Shown here: positions 1 through 14,213 of the stretch, piece by piece
Layout of the letters: every line of letters begins with the position of its first letter
How positions within the stretch are numbered: position 1 is the first letter of the stretch
The notes under the pieces: model-generated
Databases searched by the model: none
What the model was told of the DNA's origin: nothing
Seen by the model: the letters and a program-made list of their open reading frames with translations, nothing else
NCBI GenBank assembly: GCA_030265395.1
Contig: JARFYF010000007.1
Coordinates: 38,086,924-38,150,923, forward strand
Length of the DNA stretch: 64,000 nt
DNA from: Rhina ancylostomus
Lineage: Eukaryota
Direction of reading: 5' to 3'
Position numbers and translations under genes: made by a program

Positions 1-2904
1 TATAACTACTTAAGTATTAGCTTGAATATTCATTGTTGATGATTTACTTGTTTCTAAAACATTGTTACTAATCTTTATTCATTTTTCTTAGAAACTGGGT
101 GTTACTGGCAAGGCCATCATTTATTGCCCAACTCTAATTACCCTTAAACTGAGTGGATTGCTAGGCCATTTCAGAAGCCATTTAAAAATCAACTACATTA
201 TGTGTCTGGAATCACATATCAACCCGATTGGGCAAAGGTGGTAAATTTCCCCCATGAGGGATATTATTGAACCAGAACATCTTTGACAATCCAGTGGGTT
301 TTGTAAGTTGAATTCAAATTTCACAGGTACAGGATAAGTTCTGACTTCTTATTTCAAACTCTAGATTACCAGTGCAATATTTTAACAACTGCCCCTTATC
401 CAAAGTATCTACAATCAAGTAATGTATGTGAATATTAATGTTGAAACAGAAATGGATCATATGGTTTCTGGATGTCATTAAATTAACATTTTCATGATGA
501 AAAGTTATTGGGTAGCCATCAAAACATTAAATCTTTTAGAGTGTGGCATTTTGAATATGGTTTTCATCAGATTTAGTGAAGTTATGATTTAACTTGAGGT
601 GTGGGCCCAATAAATGTTTTTATGTTGTGATGGAAGAAAATGTACATGTGCACCAGAGCCTTTTATAACTTTGTAATTCTTTTCATATATCGGGTACCTA
701 TTGACTCCATTGTTCCATGCACAAAATTGGGTACAAATCAGGATTTACAACCAAGCAGTTTATTTTACAGCAACTAGTTTATGTAGTCAGCAAAAGGCAA
801 ATCGGATAATATCCATTTACCTGGTTTCATTTTACTTTTTAAAAAAAAAAGCTGCTCCAAATTAGAGCAAATGGAACTCGTGCCAAAACATCCAGCAAAA
901 GCTCATGATAAAAGGACGGTGTTTTTTTTTCTCTCAGTAATGTGCAGTGAGTGGAGGTTAATTACATAATACAAATTATATGGGTAAGATTAACTCTCAT
1001 CATTTCCACTTGAAATATATATAATGTGGGATTTATCTAACCATTTCTATTCCTGCTGGGAATAATTATGTCACTATGAGCAAGCTTATTTTTTTTTGTT
1101 GTTGCCTACTCCTTAGTCTTTCTCCAACCTGTTTTTGCTTTTATGATTAAAAGTTTCCAGAAATAGCAGCCCTGTTTGAAAGGGAACCAGCGAATCAGTT
1201 CCAATTTTTGTCAGAAATAGTAAAGGTTTCAGAAGTGACAGGTTTTTGGACAGAGGAAATGGGGCTGGTATGAAGGGAGGAATGAACAAAACAGCAGTTC
1301 TGATTAAGTTGGGAGCAGGTGGGATGGAATCTGGAAAAAAAAATTCTCTCCTGCTCAATTATACAGTCAAAATGAGCCCAGGAGACAACCTTAATCAACA
1401 ATGGAATCATCTGATTTTATTTTTTCAGTTAGAAACAGATCTCGCTCTCGCTTGAAGGAATTCATTGTTCATCCAAGCTGGAAACCTGTTTTGCAGGTTC
1501 TCTAGTCCCTGTGAAAGGATACCTTGCTATCACCAAGTCTGATTCTGCCATTTAAAAGGTGTTAAAATGACTGCTGATCCTTCCCANNNNNNNNNNNNNN
1601 NNNNNNNNNNNNNNNNNNNNNNNNNNNNNNNNNNNNNNNNNNNNNNNNNNNNNNNNNNNNNNNNNNNNNNNNNNNNNNNNNNNNNNCTGCTGATCCTTCC
1701 CAACCGTGTCAGTTAAAACAGTTGATTTACAAAAAGAAAATCTTTACTTCCTGGCTTACATCATTGACTTACTAACCCTGATCAGATCATTCCTAAAGCT
1801 GTTCTTCTCTTAAACCTGTATGTGTAACCAAAATAGCTTAAACTCGGAAATAATCTCTTGGCAGCAAACAGTCTGCTGGAAGAACTCAACAACTCAAGCA
1901 GCATCTGTGGGAGGAAAGGAATTGGCACATCAGAAATAATCTCTCAACCTTCCTTGCATCATGAACACATTCTGAGGCCTGACTAAATTCTTGTACCTGT
2001 ACAAAATTGATGCAGTTTATTATAATGAATTACTCTACAAATACATTATATAGGCCTACATGCTGCAGTTAAGGCACTGTCATGACATCATGTAATTCAA
2101 TGTTCATCCCATCTATAAATATATTGCTCTCATAATATAAAGCCCTTATTTTAAGAGTTGTTTCTTCCACCTGTCATAATAGTAAGCCAGTATGGAAAAT
2201 AAATTTACATGTTGGNNNNNNNNNNAATACAGAGGGGGGGGGGGGGAAATACTCCACACAGCTATAATTATTTTAGAAGAACAAAAACAATGTCATGGAT
2301 ACTGAAAATCTGAAATAAACAAACATAAAATTGGTGGAATATCTGAAAGATGTGACTGGACTATTTTGCTTTTATTTATAATTATTTCCAGTTTTGTATG
2401 CCTAATGAGCTTCTGAAATTGCTGAATAAAACTATCTGGATGATTTATCTTGGCTTCTGTATGAGGCATTATCTTGTTCCGAGTTCTTTGATCTGAGGAA
2501 ACGGGGAAAATAGTAGAGGGCAGGGGAAATGAAGAAGTTTCAATAATGAATAAAAAGCAAGAAAAATCTAAAAGTATCAATGTCGGAGGAGATAATAAAA
2601 AATATTGCACTGAACTGTGGATAAATGGTGTCCATTTTAATACAGTTTGTGTACATAGTGAATATTAAAAATATAGAGTACATTGGATACTGCTTCGTCA
2701 CTAGCCATTGAATGGAAGTAAGATTTTTCAGCTGGTGTATGTGACAAGGGATACTAAAGCATTGTATAAATATTCTGTTATTTAACATAACTATGCTGTA
2801 CCTTGCAAGTCATTTTGTTCATGGAGACACTGACTTGATTTGATAAAGCATCTTTAATGTAGAAAGTGGCATTAGGTGTTTCACAAGAGTGATACAAATT
2901 GAAG

Positions 2905-3800
2905 TTTTTTTTTAATATATGCTGAGCCACAGAATGGGGTAATAGGACAATGGCGATTGGGAAGGGGGTCGGGGTCATGGGGGAGGATGGGGTCAAAGAA
3001 ATATGCTGAAGGAGAAGAGGTGGTAGAGAGGGAGCTGAACACTTGACTGTGGTTAGAAATCATGAAAATGCAATTGGGTAGAATTGAAGGAACACAGATC
3101 TCAAAGGTTTGTAGGATATTACAGAGATGGAAAAGGGATGAGGCAGAGGAAGGACTTAAAAATAAAGATGAGAATTTTGAAATTAAGGTGTTACCAGGCA
3201 TGAAGGTTGAAAACTGAACACAACTTCAATATTTGCGGTGGTTAATGAGAAGAGAGGTAAAACTGGAGACAGTGGAAGAGTTGATGGTGAGATTGAACTG
3301 AATGGCATTAGTGGACATTTAGAGCCTGATATGATTTAGATGATGTTGTCAAGGGGTAGTGTGCAGAATGGGAAAGAGAAGAGGATGAATTTCTTGGGGT
3401 TTCTCAAGGTAGCAGTGTGAGGGTCTAAAGAAAACCCAATGCACATATTTGGTAGCTGTGTGAGAGGGCACTTTCACCCAGCTGAATGACATGGAAGGTT
3501 TGGAGGAGAATGGTGCAGTCAACCTTGTGGCTAAGGTCAAGAAGAATGAAAATGGGTAGTTTTCACTTAAAATATTGAAAATAGTGTAATCTTACTTTGA
3601 TAATGACTGTTTCAAAGTTGTGATGGGGCCATACAGCTTATTATAGGGATTCAAAGTGCAAGTGGGGATAGGTAGGTATGTTCACAGACTTTGGAGAAGA
3701 GAGTGAAGATGGATATCGGGCAGCAGTTTGCATGATCTGGGGTTTTTAACAGGATAATGATGGCAGAATTGGAAGTGTGGCAAGATGATGGAAGAGTTCC
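2905..3800 (-). mobile_element. Decayed LINE fragment (probably L2)
   Basis: Purine-rich mirror of the pyrimidine-rich L2-like pieces at 10 kb, 51.7-52.8 kb and 58.9-59.6 kb; no intact ORF. Confidence 0.4.
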
Positions 3801-3822
3801 CCAGGAGCGGATACCATTTAAC

Positions 3823-4040
3823 AATGGTAGTGTAGTGGTTAGTGCAACACTATTACAGCGCCAGCGATTGGGGTTCGATTCCCATCGCTGTCTGTAAGGA
3901 GTTTGTATGTTCTCCCGTGTCTGCATGCATTTCCTCCCACATTCCAGAGGCGTACGGGTAGGCTAATATGGGTGGCGCAGACTCATTGGGCCGAAAGGGC
4001 CTGTTACCACGCTGTAAATAAAATTTAATTTAAAAAAAAC
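3823..4040 (+). mobile_element. tRNA-derived V-SINE (HE1-like)
   Basis: A-box-like gtgtagtggttag, B-box ggttcgattcc, V-domain ggagtttgtatgttctcccgtgtctgc, CR1-type tail tgggccgaaagggcctgtt and A-rich end. Confidence 0.85.
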
Positions 4041-7017
4041 TTAAAAATGGTCTAGGAAGGAAAGTTGTATGACTAAAGGTTTGGTTGGAATAGAATTGTT
4101 AAATAGGGTATGTTCTTGTGGTGAGAGCTGGAGACGAGATGGAGTCCAGATGTATTCGTTTGAATTTGTAGTCTTGGAGAAATTGTGGAATGGCTCTGCT
4201 TACCAGAAAGAAGGCAAAATAATAGGTAAGTATACATTTCTGCAGTGTAAATGACAGTTCAGATCAGTGCCTTTTTCCTTTTAATTTTGAACACTGGCTC
4301 TTTACATTTGTGCACAAATAGGACTTCCAAAAATACTTAACAAAGAAAACAAGTATTTTGGGCAAATGAATTTTCCTGGACTGTACTTATATTATGAATG
4401 TAAATCCTTATATGCTACATTTTTATATCGAACAATGGTTATTGGTTTGACAAATCTGCTGCGTTGCAGTTTGTTGTATTGTTAACCTTGGTATATATTT
4501 TAGGCCACCCTGATGATAGATGGAGTGATGTATGAGCACGTTAATCCATTCCTGAACATTTGCAGTATTGTTAACCCCTATAATTCAGACTGAATGTTGC
4601 TTAAGTTGGGAGGATAGTGGCAAGAGTAGGAATCAGGATATTTCCAGACTGCACCTTGTATCTGCCCAATGGTAGTATGGAGCACAGTGTTTGCAATTGA
4701 GAGCATTATTGCTGATTAGGGGAATTGATGTTAGTTCAGTGCAAGCTTATTAAAATTATGATGGGCGAGGCATACCCAAACTCTTTTCTTTGCTGCAAGA
4801 AAGCAATGACATTGCTGTAGGCAAGTAAATAAAATCTGGCATGTTTGAAACTGATGTCCAGGGCTGTGAGAGAAAGCTGATATGTTTTGGAACATTGAGA
4901 TTGGGTTGACTTGTAATTTTTTTTTATTTTGTTTTTCTCATTATTGTGGGAAGTTCAAATTCATTTTTAAGCATCCTGATCTAGTAGGAACAATAACAAA
5001 AATGGCCATTCATAACTCCTTTTAATGTAACAAAACATTAGGATTGATGACCAAAAAGATTGAGCAGAGGGTGGTGTTCAAGACATGGAAAGAGAAAAGT
5101 GGGTTTGTGTAGGGTGAGAATTTCAGAACTCCTTTCTTTGTCAGCTGAAAGGACATGTGGATTTGTCTTGCCCATGGGAGGACTAGGCTGGAAAAGTTCC
5201 TTAGGGAAGTGCTGGGACTGGTTCAACTATAATTGCAACAAACTGCCTCTCCTCATTCCTTTTGCCTTTATCCAAGAATGAAAATCATCGGATCCTACTG
5301 GTTACTTGAAATGACTAAAATCTAGTTCTACTTCTTACATTTTACCAGAAGAAATGGCCCAAAAAGGACCATCTTCCTGTAATTTTCTTACAAACTTTAT
5401 CTGGGACAAGGAACATTACTCATGGTCACTGGACCAGCTCAGTCCCATATCTTGAGCTTTTGTTGGAACAGCCTTTCTAACAGTGTATTATAAGGAGTAT
5501 AGACTTCCAAGTCAGAGAAATCTGTTCCTTGACATCCTTGGAAATTGAGTCCAGAGTATCATTGCAGGTTTGATGTTTGAATCCCTCAGTTCCACAGCTA
5601 AGATTGGTCTTCTGCTGGGAAGCTGCCATTATTCTAGCCCACCCTCTGCTCTACCATTTCTCCTCCTCTGCAGTGAATCATGCTGTGCCACATACGTTTC
5701 TTTAACACTAAAATTCAGACAGGAAAAAAGATCATGCAGTGTTAGTAGTAAGAAAAATAACACATGATTTAAGAAAATTGAGATGCAAGAAAGCTAAGCA
5801 GGATCAGGCTTTAGTGACTGCTGTGCTTTTGTGCTCCACTACTTCTAATCTCAATTATCACAGTTCACCAGAGACTTTTCTTATTCTTTCTATGTTTCAA
5901 CTCCTCCATCGTCACCTTCGTTAATGTTCAGCTGCTCTGTTGTTGTGGTGGATTAGCTGAAAATAAGGCAGAGTGCTGCTGCTTCAGAGGAATGCCATGA
6001 CAACTGTATAGGTATGGACCCAGTAAGCTGCCAACTATTCAATCTTGTCATCTCCCATCAGCCCTCTGATGTTGGCAACTTTGGAGAGCTGATTTAATTT
6101 GCTCTTCACCCTAGTCGACTGAGTAGGAAGGGTTTTTTAAAGTTCTGCAGGCTAGTTATTGCACAGAAAAACCGGGTATGATAAATTATGATGTACCAAG
6201 ATAATGACCCACTTATCTAGAGTGTTATTTCAAAGGATGACTCGTGAAGCTATTAGTTTTAAAAGGTGAGGTATAATAGTCCCCAAGGAAATAAATGGAC
6301 CATTACATTGTTTTATCATGGTATCTCTGGTATGTTTTATTGAAATTATTGCAGCACAATTGTGTAATCTTAGAGCCGAAGATGACACTTGGTTGTCTCT
6401 CCACATTGCAGCTCTCTCCCATTGGTGCTCATAGTTGTTCCTTTTGGGCAACTTGTTCCAGAGTGCTATAGGTTGACTTATTAAAACCTAGTGTTTTTGG
6501 CTTTGTGGCAAAGTCGAACTCCCCTCTTTGAGTGCATGTGCCAGATCTTCCTCCCTTTTAGGTATGCTTTAAGACTGTTATAAAAAGTGATAATTATCCT
6601 CTATGACTGTTCTTTCAGTTTTAAAAACATTGGTGTATTTCTGCTACATCCCCAGCAACTTTCATCCATTCTAGGTGTTTTAAAACTTTATATTACTTTA
6701 AGTTCCTGCAATGCAGTTCTCCCATGCTACATGCTGGTTTGTACACAGCCAGGGTGTATTCAAGTGAGTAGTTCCTATTGTTTATGATGATAAGAATCTT
6801 AAGCCAGAGTCACATTTCCAAGACATAACGTTTTTTTTGCTGTGTTATTCATAACAGAAGTTTGTCAAGTTAGCTTTGATGGAAACCATGTTTAATGTTG
6901 TTAATGTCTTCTCTATTTTCATCTAGGATTCTTTGTTTTGAGTCACTTTCTTTTATCCTGGTCTTGTATTTTGATAGTGTCTGTCATCAATATTTAATCT
7001 GTTTTCTTTATTTTCAG

Positions 7018-7268
7018 GAACTAGAAATATTGTTGCTATCATGATCGGCAATTCAAAGGGTTTGGAAATACTGGAATTAGTCCGTCGGGGTATCCCAGTG
7101 ATAATGTCCATAACTGTTGGTTCCCGCCATGTGGAGGAGTGGATGAGTTCTCAGTCAGTTGTGTTCGTTATTATTGCTTTCATAACAATGATGATCATCT
7201 CCTTGGCTTGGCTCATCTTCTACTATATTCAGAGATTTCTGTATGCAGGATCACCCTTTTCCAGCCAG
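7018..7268 (+). CDS. RNF149: RNF149 (PA-TM-RING E3 ubiquitin ligase) exon 2: end of PA domain and transmembrane helix
   Basis: ttttcag acceptor and CAG|gtaaat donor; encodes (G)TRNIVAIMIGNSKGLEILELVRRGIPVIMSITVGSRHVEEWMSSQSVVFVIIAFITMMIISLAWLIFYYIQRFLYAGSPFSSQ, with the family motif SLAWLIFYYIQRF; synteny with CNOT11 and TBC1D8 supports RNF149 over its paralogues. Confidence 0.95.
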
Positions 7269-9567
7269 GTAAATTTTCATGGATTATAACAGAAAGTGTT
7301 TTTAAAAATCCATTTTACTTCACTAAAATATATAGCTTTTGGTTTCATATGTGTTTAAGTAAAAAATCACTCTGGTTAGTGGTACTCCTGATTGTTACTA
7401 TGGTGTTCTCAGATTTTTATTTTTATTTTAGTGTTGAAGAAGCTTGGTGAGTTACAGCACAGCTTTTTGTAGATACTATATATTGGTGATAGAGGAGATG
7501 AATGTTCAGGATGAGGATTGGGTGCCAGTCAACTAGATGTTTAAACTGTTGCTTGTTCATTTTCTGAGAATTGGAGCTGAACTCATCCACATACACAGAG
7601 AATGTTCTGACATATCATCTTTAAAGAAAAGCTTTTGTAACTTGGAAGGTGAGAAACTCGCTGTAGGTACAGAGCTACAGGCATGCTTCTGTAGTCACAG
7701 TATTTACATAGCTGGTCAACTTAAGTTTCTGGTCAGTGGTGCCCCCTTGGTGGGGATTTGATGATAAAACTATTGAATGTTGAGGGAAGGTAGTTAGACA
7801 TTTTTTATTAGAAATGCTCATTGTGTTAAAAGAATGCAATTTAACACTTACCAACCCAGACTTGAATGTTGTCTAGGCCTTGTTCTATGTGGGCCTGGCT
7901 ACTTTATTATCAAAGAAATGTGAATGGAATTGAATATTTTGTGTTTATCATGATATTGAGTCATCTGCTGATGATTTCTAAATTAAATTTTGAAATTTCC
8001 TTCCTTTTTGCTCTTGTAAAGCACAGAGGGTGAATAAACTACATTTGAGTCTGTGTCAGTGCCATCATGCACCTGGCAGATGCTGTGCAGATATGGTCTT
8101 TGACAACTCCTAATTTTTGATTTGTTTTTAGCTTTAGCATGGCTTTCTGTAAATCTACTTTTCTACATGCAAATACAGCAATTAAAAAAAATTAATTTAC
8201 CTTTTTCTTTAGGGGGAGAGTATGTTCACTAATTCTTTTTTTTGGTATTTTGGAGCTGCTTTATGTATTAATATAACTGTAAAATGTTGAATGCCTTAAA
8301 ATTTCATGCAAACTGCAGTGATTCAGAAAGAAATTGAAATTGAGCTTTGTTTAATTATGTTACAGTTTCCCACAACTTCAAGTCTTCTGATTTTGAAGCA
8401 AGTGAACAATATTCAAGCAGGTTAATTCCAGATTCCCCAAGTTTATTTGACAGCAAAATTAGCAAAAATTATGAAATGGCTGAACAACACTGTAGTCATT
8501 TGAATGAGACAACTGGCATCTGCAAAACTAATCCAGAAGCAAAGTACTGCAGATACTGGAAATCTAAAATAAAAATAGAAAATACTGTGGATACTCAGCA
8601 GATCAGCAGCATCTCTGGAGTTTTAAAAGTTGTGTTATTTCTAACATTATCAAATTGTCCTGAAAAATGATGGACTGGAAACATTAACCCTGTATTTCTC
8701 CACAGACCTGTTGACCAGTGCTATGTTATTTCTGTAGAAGTGTACTACAGCATGGAGATGAGCCGTGAGAGAGAACTAGGGATGGGAGAAAAGCCTAAGC
8801 TTTCAAAGCTTAGGTGCCACTTCCCATTCAACCAGATTTAACTGATTGACTTTCCCTTTCATGCAAATAGCAAGGCATTGGGAAGAAGTGTGGTGAAATT
8901 GGATAGTACCATCCTCCTAGCAGCAACTGGAAACAGTATACTATTGTATTGTGTCCCTGGGCTCCATTTAAATGAAACCAAATAAAATTGACCACAGACA
9001 CTTGCGGACAAAGCACATTTAAATGTCTGGATGGTAATCCTTGGGTAGCTCCTCTAAATGTGTTTTTACTGTCATCTTCTCCAGCCCCACTGCTAGGCCC
9101 ACTTGTGGGTTATCTGAGTGCCAGATGCATTCAGGCCATCTTGGTGAAGTGGTCATGTAAAAGATGTTAGTTGTGCTCTCTCAAGCCTAGCATCCATTTC
9201 AGTTTTGAGCCCAGGCCACCAATAAGAAGGGTGGCACATTTCTGAAGCAATTTTTTTTTGTGTGGTGCATCTTGTTTTAAATGATTCATGAAACAGACAT
9301 AGCAATTTATAAACAAAGATGTACAAAGCTTGTGCAATTAACATAGTTGGGCTCTGGCGCATAGTTCAAAATTATTTGTCTTAATACCTCTTTCCCGCTG
9401 TCTTTAAAAGTAATAAGAGCATTACCTAGAGAATGCTGAGAAATGTAAATGTGCCAGTCTGATACCAATATTTGGGTTATTTAATTACTTAACCTGATTC
9501 AATGTGCTTACATATTTAGGAAATGTGAAGATAAGTATTAAATATCAATTTTAATCATCTGTTTCAG

Positions 9568-9651
9568 AACAAAAAAAACAAGAATAACAGGAAAGAAGCC
9601 AAGAAGGCTATCAATAAACTTCAGCTTCATACCATCAGACATGGAGATAGG
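9568..9651 (+). CDS. RNF149: RNF149 exon 3 (basic juxtamembrane linker)
   Basis: gtttcag acceptor, AGG|gtaagc donor; NKKNKNNRKEAKKAINKLQLHTIRHGDR, phase 0/0, fits flanking exons. Confidence 0.9.
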
Positions 9652-9949
9652 GTAAGCCATTTTGGGGAGTTTAAGTTTAACTTGGGCCTTGCCGAGGTGT
9701 AGTGTTCCGTGTTTTTAAAAAAGAATTCTCTTTATTCATCTCGGTATCTTAATCTGATTATGTTGAAACACTGAGATGCTCAATTTTTAAACATTCTGTT
9801 TCCTATGCTATATTTTAATACTACATATCATGCAGAGATTGTGAATATGGAGGTTATGTCTTAATGATATAGTCTAACATCTTATTGAGAAGAGTAGTGT
9901 GTCTTATTGCAATGCACTGTCTTGAACCCAGAACATTCTTATTCATTAT

Positions 9950-11830
9950 GACATTTCTGTAGCTTCTGATTACCTAACTCCCAACCTGTCTGAAACCACT
10001 GATGTCCTTCTCCTCTGTAAAAACTGTTATTTTCTCTTACTTAGTAATTTCTCATAGTACACATCCTGTCTTCAGTTATTTCAAGATTATCTAGGGAAGC
10101 AAAGATGGCTTTTCTTCATAATGTACCATATTAAGCCACCCTCCAACAATTGGTGCCAGAAACTTTATTATTTTACTAAAACCAAAACTACCCATCAGCT
10201 GTACCTACCATTTCCACTCCCTTTTTTTTGATACTGAGCCAAATATTTCCAAAAATTCATTGTTACCTTAATTCATATTCAACCCTATTTCTTGGTCTCC
10301 AATTCATCATCAGGTTCATAACATCCAACACCTGTTTACTTGAGTATATTATAAACAGCTTGTTAACACAACTTTCCTTTTTAGTCTAATGTAGGTTGGT
10401 ATTTTAAATGGTATTATTCTTCCCACCATGATCCTTTCAGATGTGGTGTTACCATCCCTTTGTAAATGAAACAAAACAGCCTTTAAACTTATGATTGTTG
10501 CTCTTTCTCTGTGCTCTGTCTTCCTCCCCTTGAACACATTGATGCCTCCCAAAGCGTGTCTTTTCCTCAAACTTGTGCTTAAATCCCTCTAATCTAGTTT
10601 CCACCCAAGTGCCCTTTTTCAAAAAAATCACAAATTACATTCTTTGAAACTGGCTGTGATAAACTATCCCACAATACTTCTTGACCCACCTGCATCTTTC
10701 ACTACAGTTGATGACTCAATTGTCCCTGAAGGCTCCTCTGATGTCTAGATGAGATGTGCTTTTACTTGGCTCTATTCACATTTATTGTATTTTAGCCAGA
10801 AAATAGCCTACAAAATCTCTCTTAGAATTTTGCTATTGCCACTGAAGGATTTTTTTTTTGTTTACCCCTTTTTCTCAAATCACATACTACTCAGTAGTTA
10901 TCCTTCCAAGACCCAAGATCAGGTTCCACATATACACTCATGGCACTCGGCTCTATTTCCACAACTATCATCTTTGACAACACTACTTCACAAATCGACC
11001 TGAAACATTAGCTGTTTTTCTTTACACAGATGTGGGCCTGACCTCCTGAGTAATTCCAGGATATTCTGTTTTTATTTTAGATTTCCAGTATCTGCCATTA
11101 TTTTGATTTTCATCCACTCCATTATTGATTGAAAAGAAATTTCTTGTAACTAAGTGCTAGGATTTTGGAAGCCACTATCTCTGTTCTTGGCTCTCCAGTG
11201 ACAATACCATCACGTTTAATTGTCTGAAGTGAATTGCATTTGAATTTCATTCATTGTTTGCATTGTTCATAGCACTGCCTCCCCCGCTCCTGTTTCAGAT
11301 CACCTGCTCCTGAAAACCTCTTCCATACTTTCGCTACTCCTAGAATTGACTGTTCCATTGTTCTATTGACCCTCTTTCTGTTATCCTTTATAAATATACC
11401 CTTCCAAAACCGTAGCCTTTTTAGCTTGTTCCAATCTTAATTGCCCCTCAGACTTATGTACTTTGACCTACGGTTGTTCTCACTCCAGCAATGGCCTTGG
11501 GTTTTAAAATCTTTATTCTTCTTTCCCACTAACATTTTGATTTGCACGTCCAAGATTATTTGCATGTTTTACATCTCTGCTCTCCTTCATTTCTGATCTC
11601 TTGCATATGACAAATTTTAATCACTCTGCCATTGGGAGCTTTGCTTTAAATTGCCTTTCCCCTAAAAATCTCAAACTCTCAATCTTGATTTCTAAAAATG
11701 CTCCTTAATACCTTCCTCTTTATTCAAGCCTTTGATCATTTGATCTGATATCTTCTACTGTGACTAAAAGTTAGATCTTTATTTGACAATACTCCTCTTG
11801 GGTGCCTTTTGGATGTTTCATTACTTAGGA
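9950..11830 (+). mobile_element. Decayed L2-clade LINE
   Basis: ~10674-10725 reads ILLDPPASFTTVDDSIV, a decayed LLDLSAAFDTVDHSIL RT motif; pyrimidine-rich body and L2-type tail; interrupted by a Penelope repeat near 11.0 kb. Confidence 0.6.
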
Positions 11831-12062
11831 GATACCATATACTGTTGAATTGCAATCTAGTGCAAACACTCAGCCAAATCTGATATATAAACTGAATAAT
11901 CGCTGTCCACGAAAGTGCACCAGGAAATCATAATTGTGTTTTGAGTTCATAATTTGTAAATTATCATTTTTTTGTCCTTATCAAAGCTTTCTTAATATTA
12001 CATTGGTAATTGTAGCTCATCTCCATGTCAAAATTACTAATTTATACTTTGACCCTTGTTAG

Positions 12063-12145
12063 GAAATTGATTTGGATATGGAAGGCTGTGCTGTGTGCAT
12101 TGAAATGTACAAGTCCAGAGATATTGTACGAATTCTCCCATGCAA
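12063..12145 (+). CDS. RNF149: RNF149 exon 4 (first half of RING-H2)
   Basis: ttgttag acceptor, AA|gtatga donor; [27 protein letters not shown](K). Confidence 0.95.
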
Positions 12146-13408
12146 GTATGAATCTTTTATGTTTATACATCGTGAATATTTTAACCTGAAAGGACATGCA
12201 AAGGAATATCATTTTCATTAATAAAGATAATATTTATTTAAGCACTTTAAAGAAAGATACAAGAATTTTGGAATATTTTCTTGGCTGTCTTTAAATATGC
12301 TACAAAATAAATATGCTTTTGAAGTGAGGAAATGGACTATTGTTGAACTGTACTGATCACCTTGATATTAAAGTGATATATTCCTCTTGTGACAATTAGG
12401 AGAAGATAAGCATGCCTCCACACCAAGGATTGGAAATCTGTGCATTAGTCACACAAGCCATTTTCTACTGGCAGTTATGGAATAGGTCAGGCTTTAGAAA
12501 TTGTTTCATAGTCGAACTAAGCCTTGCTTTCCATCGAAAAGGCCCAAGTGTTGGCATACTCTCCATTTGCTTGGATGAGTGTACCTCAAATAACATTCAA
12601 AAAGCTTGAAACCATACAGGATGAAGTAGCCTGCTCAACTGGGACTTCATCCACTACTATCCTAAAGGTTTACTTCTTCCAACATTGGTACATTGTAGCC
12701 ACAATGTGTACTATCTGTAAAGTGCATCATAGTTAGTTCATCAGCACCACCCACAATTGTGACCTGTACCGCTAAGGTTGAGGTCAGCAGGTGCATGGGA
12801 ACACTGCCTTCAAATTTTCCTCCATTTTGCATGCCATTCTGACTTGAAAATAATGGAACACAGTGATAAACTGTTGTCATTTAGTGTTTTGGAGGAAGTC
12901 TGACTATTCTGCAGATTGTGGTTACAAGGTTTATAATGCTATAATTACCTGTGATAATTTTGTGAAAAGCCATCTATAAAGTTTTTGAGCTTTTCATAAC
13001 AACTTGCAGAGTGGGTAAGGAATGGAAAAGATCAGCAAGATTAATGCTCTACCTGGGAAAAGGAATTCCAGTGTTGCTTATTTCTCTTGCCTATTGCTTA
13101 AAAATATTATGTGAATCCTGATTCGGTAGATCAGATTACACTAAGAAATTTTCAAGCCATGTTTAATGTCAAAATTGTAACTTCGAACATTCCACAACAA
13201 TCTGTAGGAGCATTGTTAGAATGGAAGTTGTAAATTCTTTGATTAGATTTTTATTATCTTTGTTCATGAATGAACACAACAGGATTTGACTACACGTAAT
13301 TATAAACCAGTTCCAAACAGAACTTGACAAGAAAACTGGCAAGCTGGGTTTTGCGATCAGTTTTAGCATCATCTGCAATCGGTTCATGATTTTGTACCTA
13401 TTCTTTAG

Positions 13409-13505
13409 GCATGTATTCCATAGAATGTGCATTGATCCATGGCTTCTTGAGCATCGTACCTGCCCAATGTGTAAACTCGACGTCATTAAAGCACTTGGCT
13501 TTATG
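13409..13505 (+). CDS. RNF149: RNF149 exon 5 (second half of RING-H2)
   Basis: tctttag acceptor, ATG|gtaagt donor; [32 protein letters not shown] completes the C3H2C3 ligand set. Confidence 0.96.
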
Positions 13506-14020
13506 GTAAGTGTTGGAAAAGTAATTAGATAGAGTAATTAGTTATTAATTTAGTGCAAAATTAAGAGAACATGACATTATACTTATTTTGTTTCATTACT
13601 CATATTAAGTATCAACTTTAGGGTCCTATCTCTGGGTCAGAAAGCACAGATTTAAACCTAGCTGCTGAGAGTTTAGTGCATAAATCTTGGCTGACATTTA
13701 AGCACTCCACTAAGGAGGTGCTGCACTGCAAAACAAAAAGCTTCCTCTCTTAAAAGAGCAGGTAAATATGGTACCTGGTCAACACCTCAAGTAGCTGAAA
13801 AAGATTCCTCAGCACAGAGCTGGGTGCTGCAATCTTGACATGCTCTGAATTTTCTTCTTTTTAATGCCTCTGCCTCTTCATATTCCTCTATTTGATCTTC
13901 ATTAAAACCCACCTCTTGGATCAACATTTTGATCATCTCTTTTATTCAGAGATGTGATTTAGAAGAAACTTTTTTTAACAATCTTTTGTTGCTGACATAA
14001 ATTGTTTACATCTGTGTTAG

Positions 14021-14213
14021 ATGGATGCACGTGAAAATGTTGAAGTAGTTATACCAGAGTCAGAACCCGACAACATCCCAGTTGGCAATCTAAATGTTCC
14101 TTTACAAGAAGGAGCAGGAGCTGAAACAAGCATGTTCCCCGGCTCTCCAACCTTTGAATCTTTACAGCATGATGATAGACTAATGGAAGAGGATGAAGCT
14201 GTAGCCTTAATTG
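14021..14213 (+). CDS. RNF149: RNF149 exon 6 (acidic cytoplasmic tail)
   Basis: gtgttag acceptor, TTG|gtatgt donor; open phase-0 frame MDARENVEVVIPESEPDNIP...EEDEAVALI. Confidence 0.85.

Noticed and set aside
3823-3895. tRNA-like sequence with A and B boxes
   Set aside because: It is the head of a SINE, continuing into the V-domain and LINE-derived tail; not a tRNA gene
12146-12160. Possible U12-type intron donor in RNF149 (gtatga...)
   Set aside because: Does not match the GTATCCTT consensus; ordinary U2 donor
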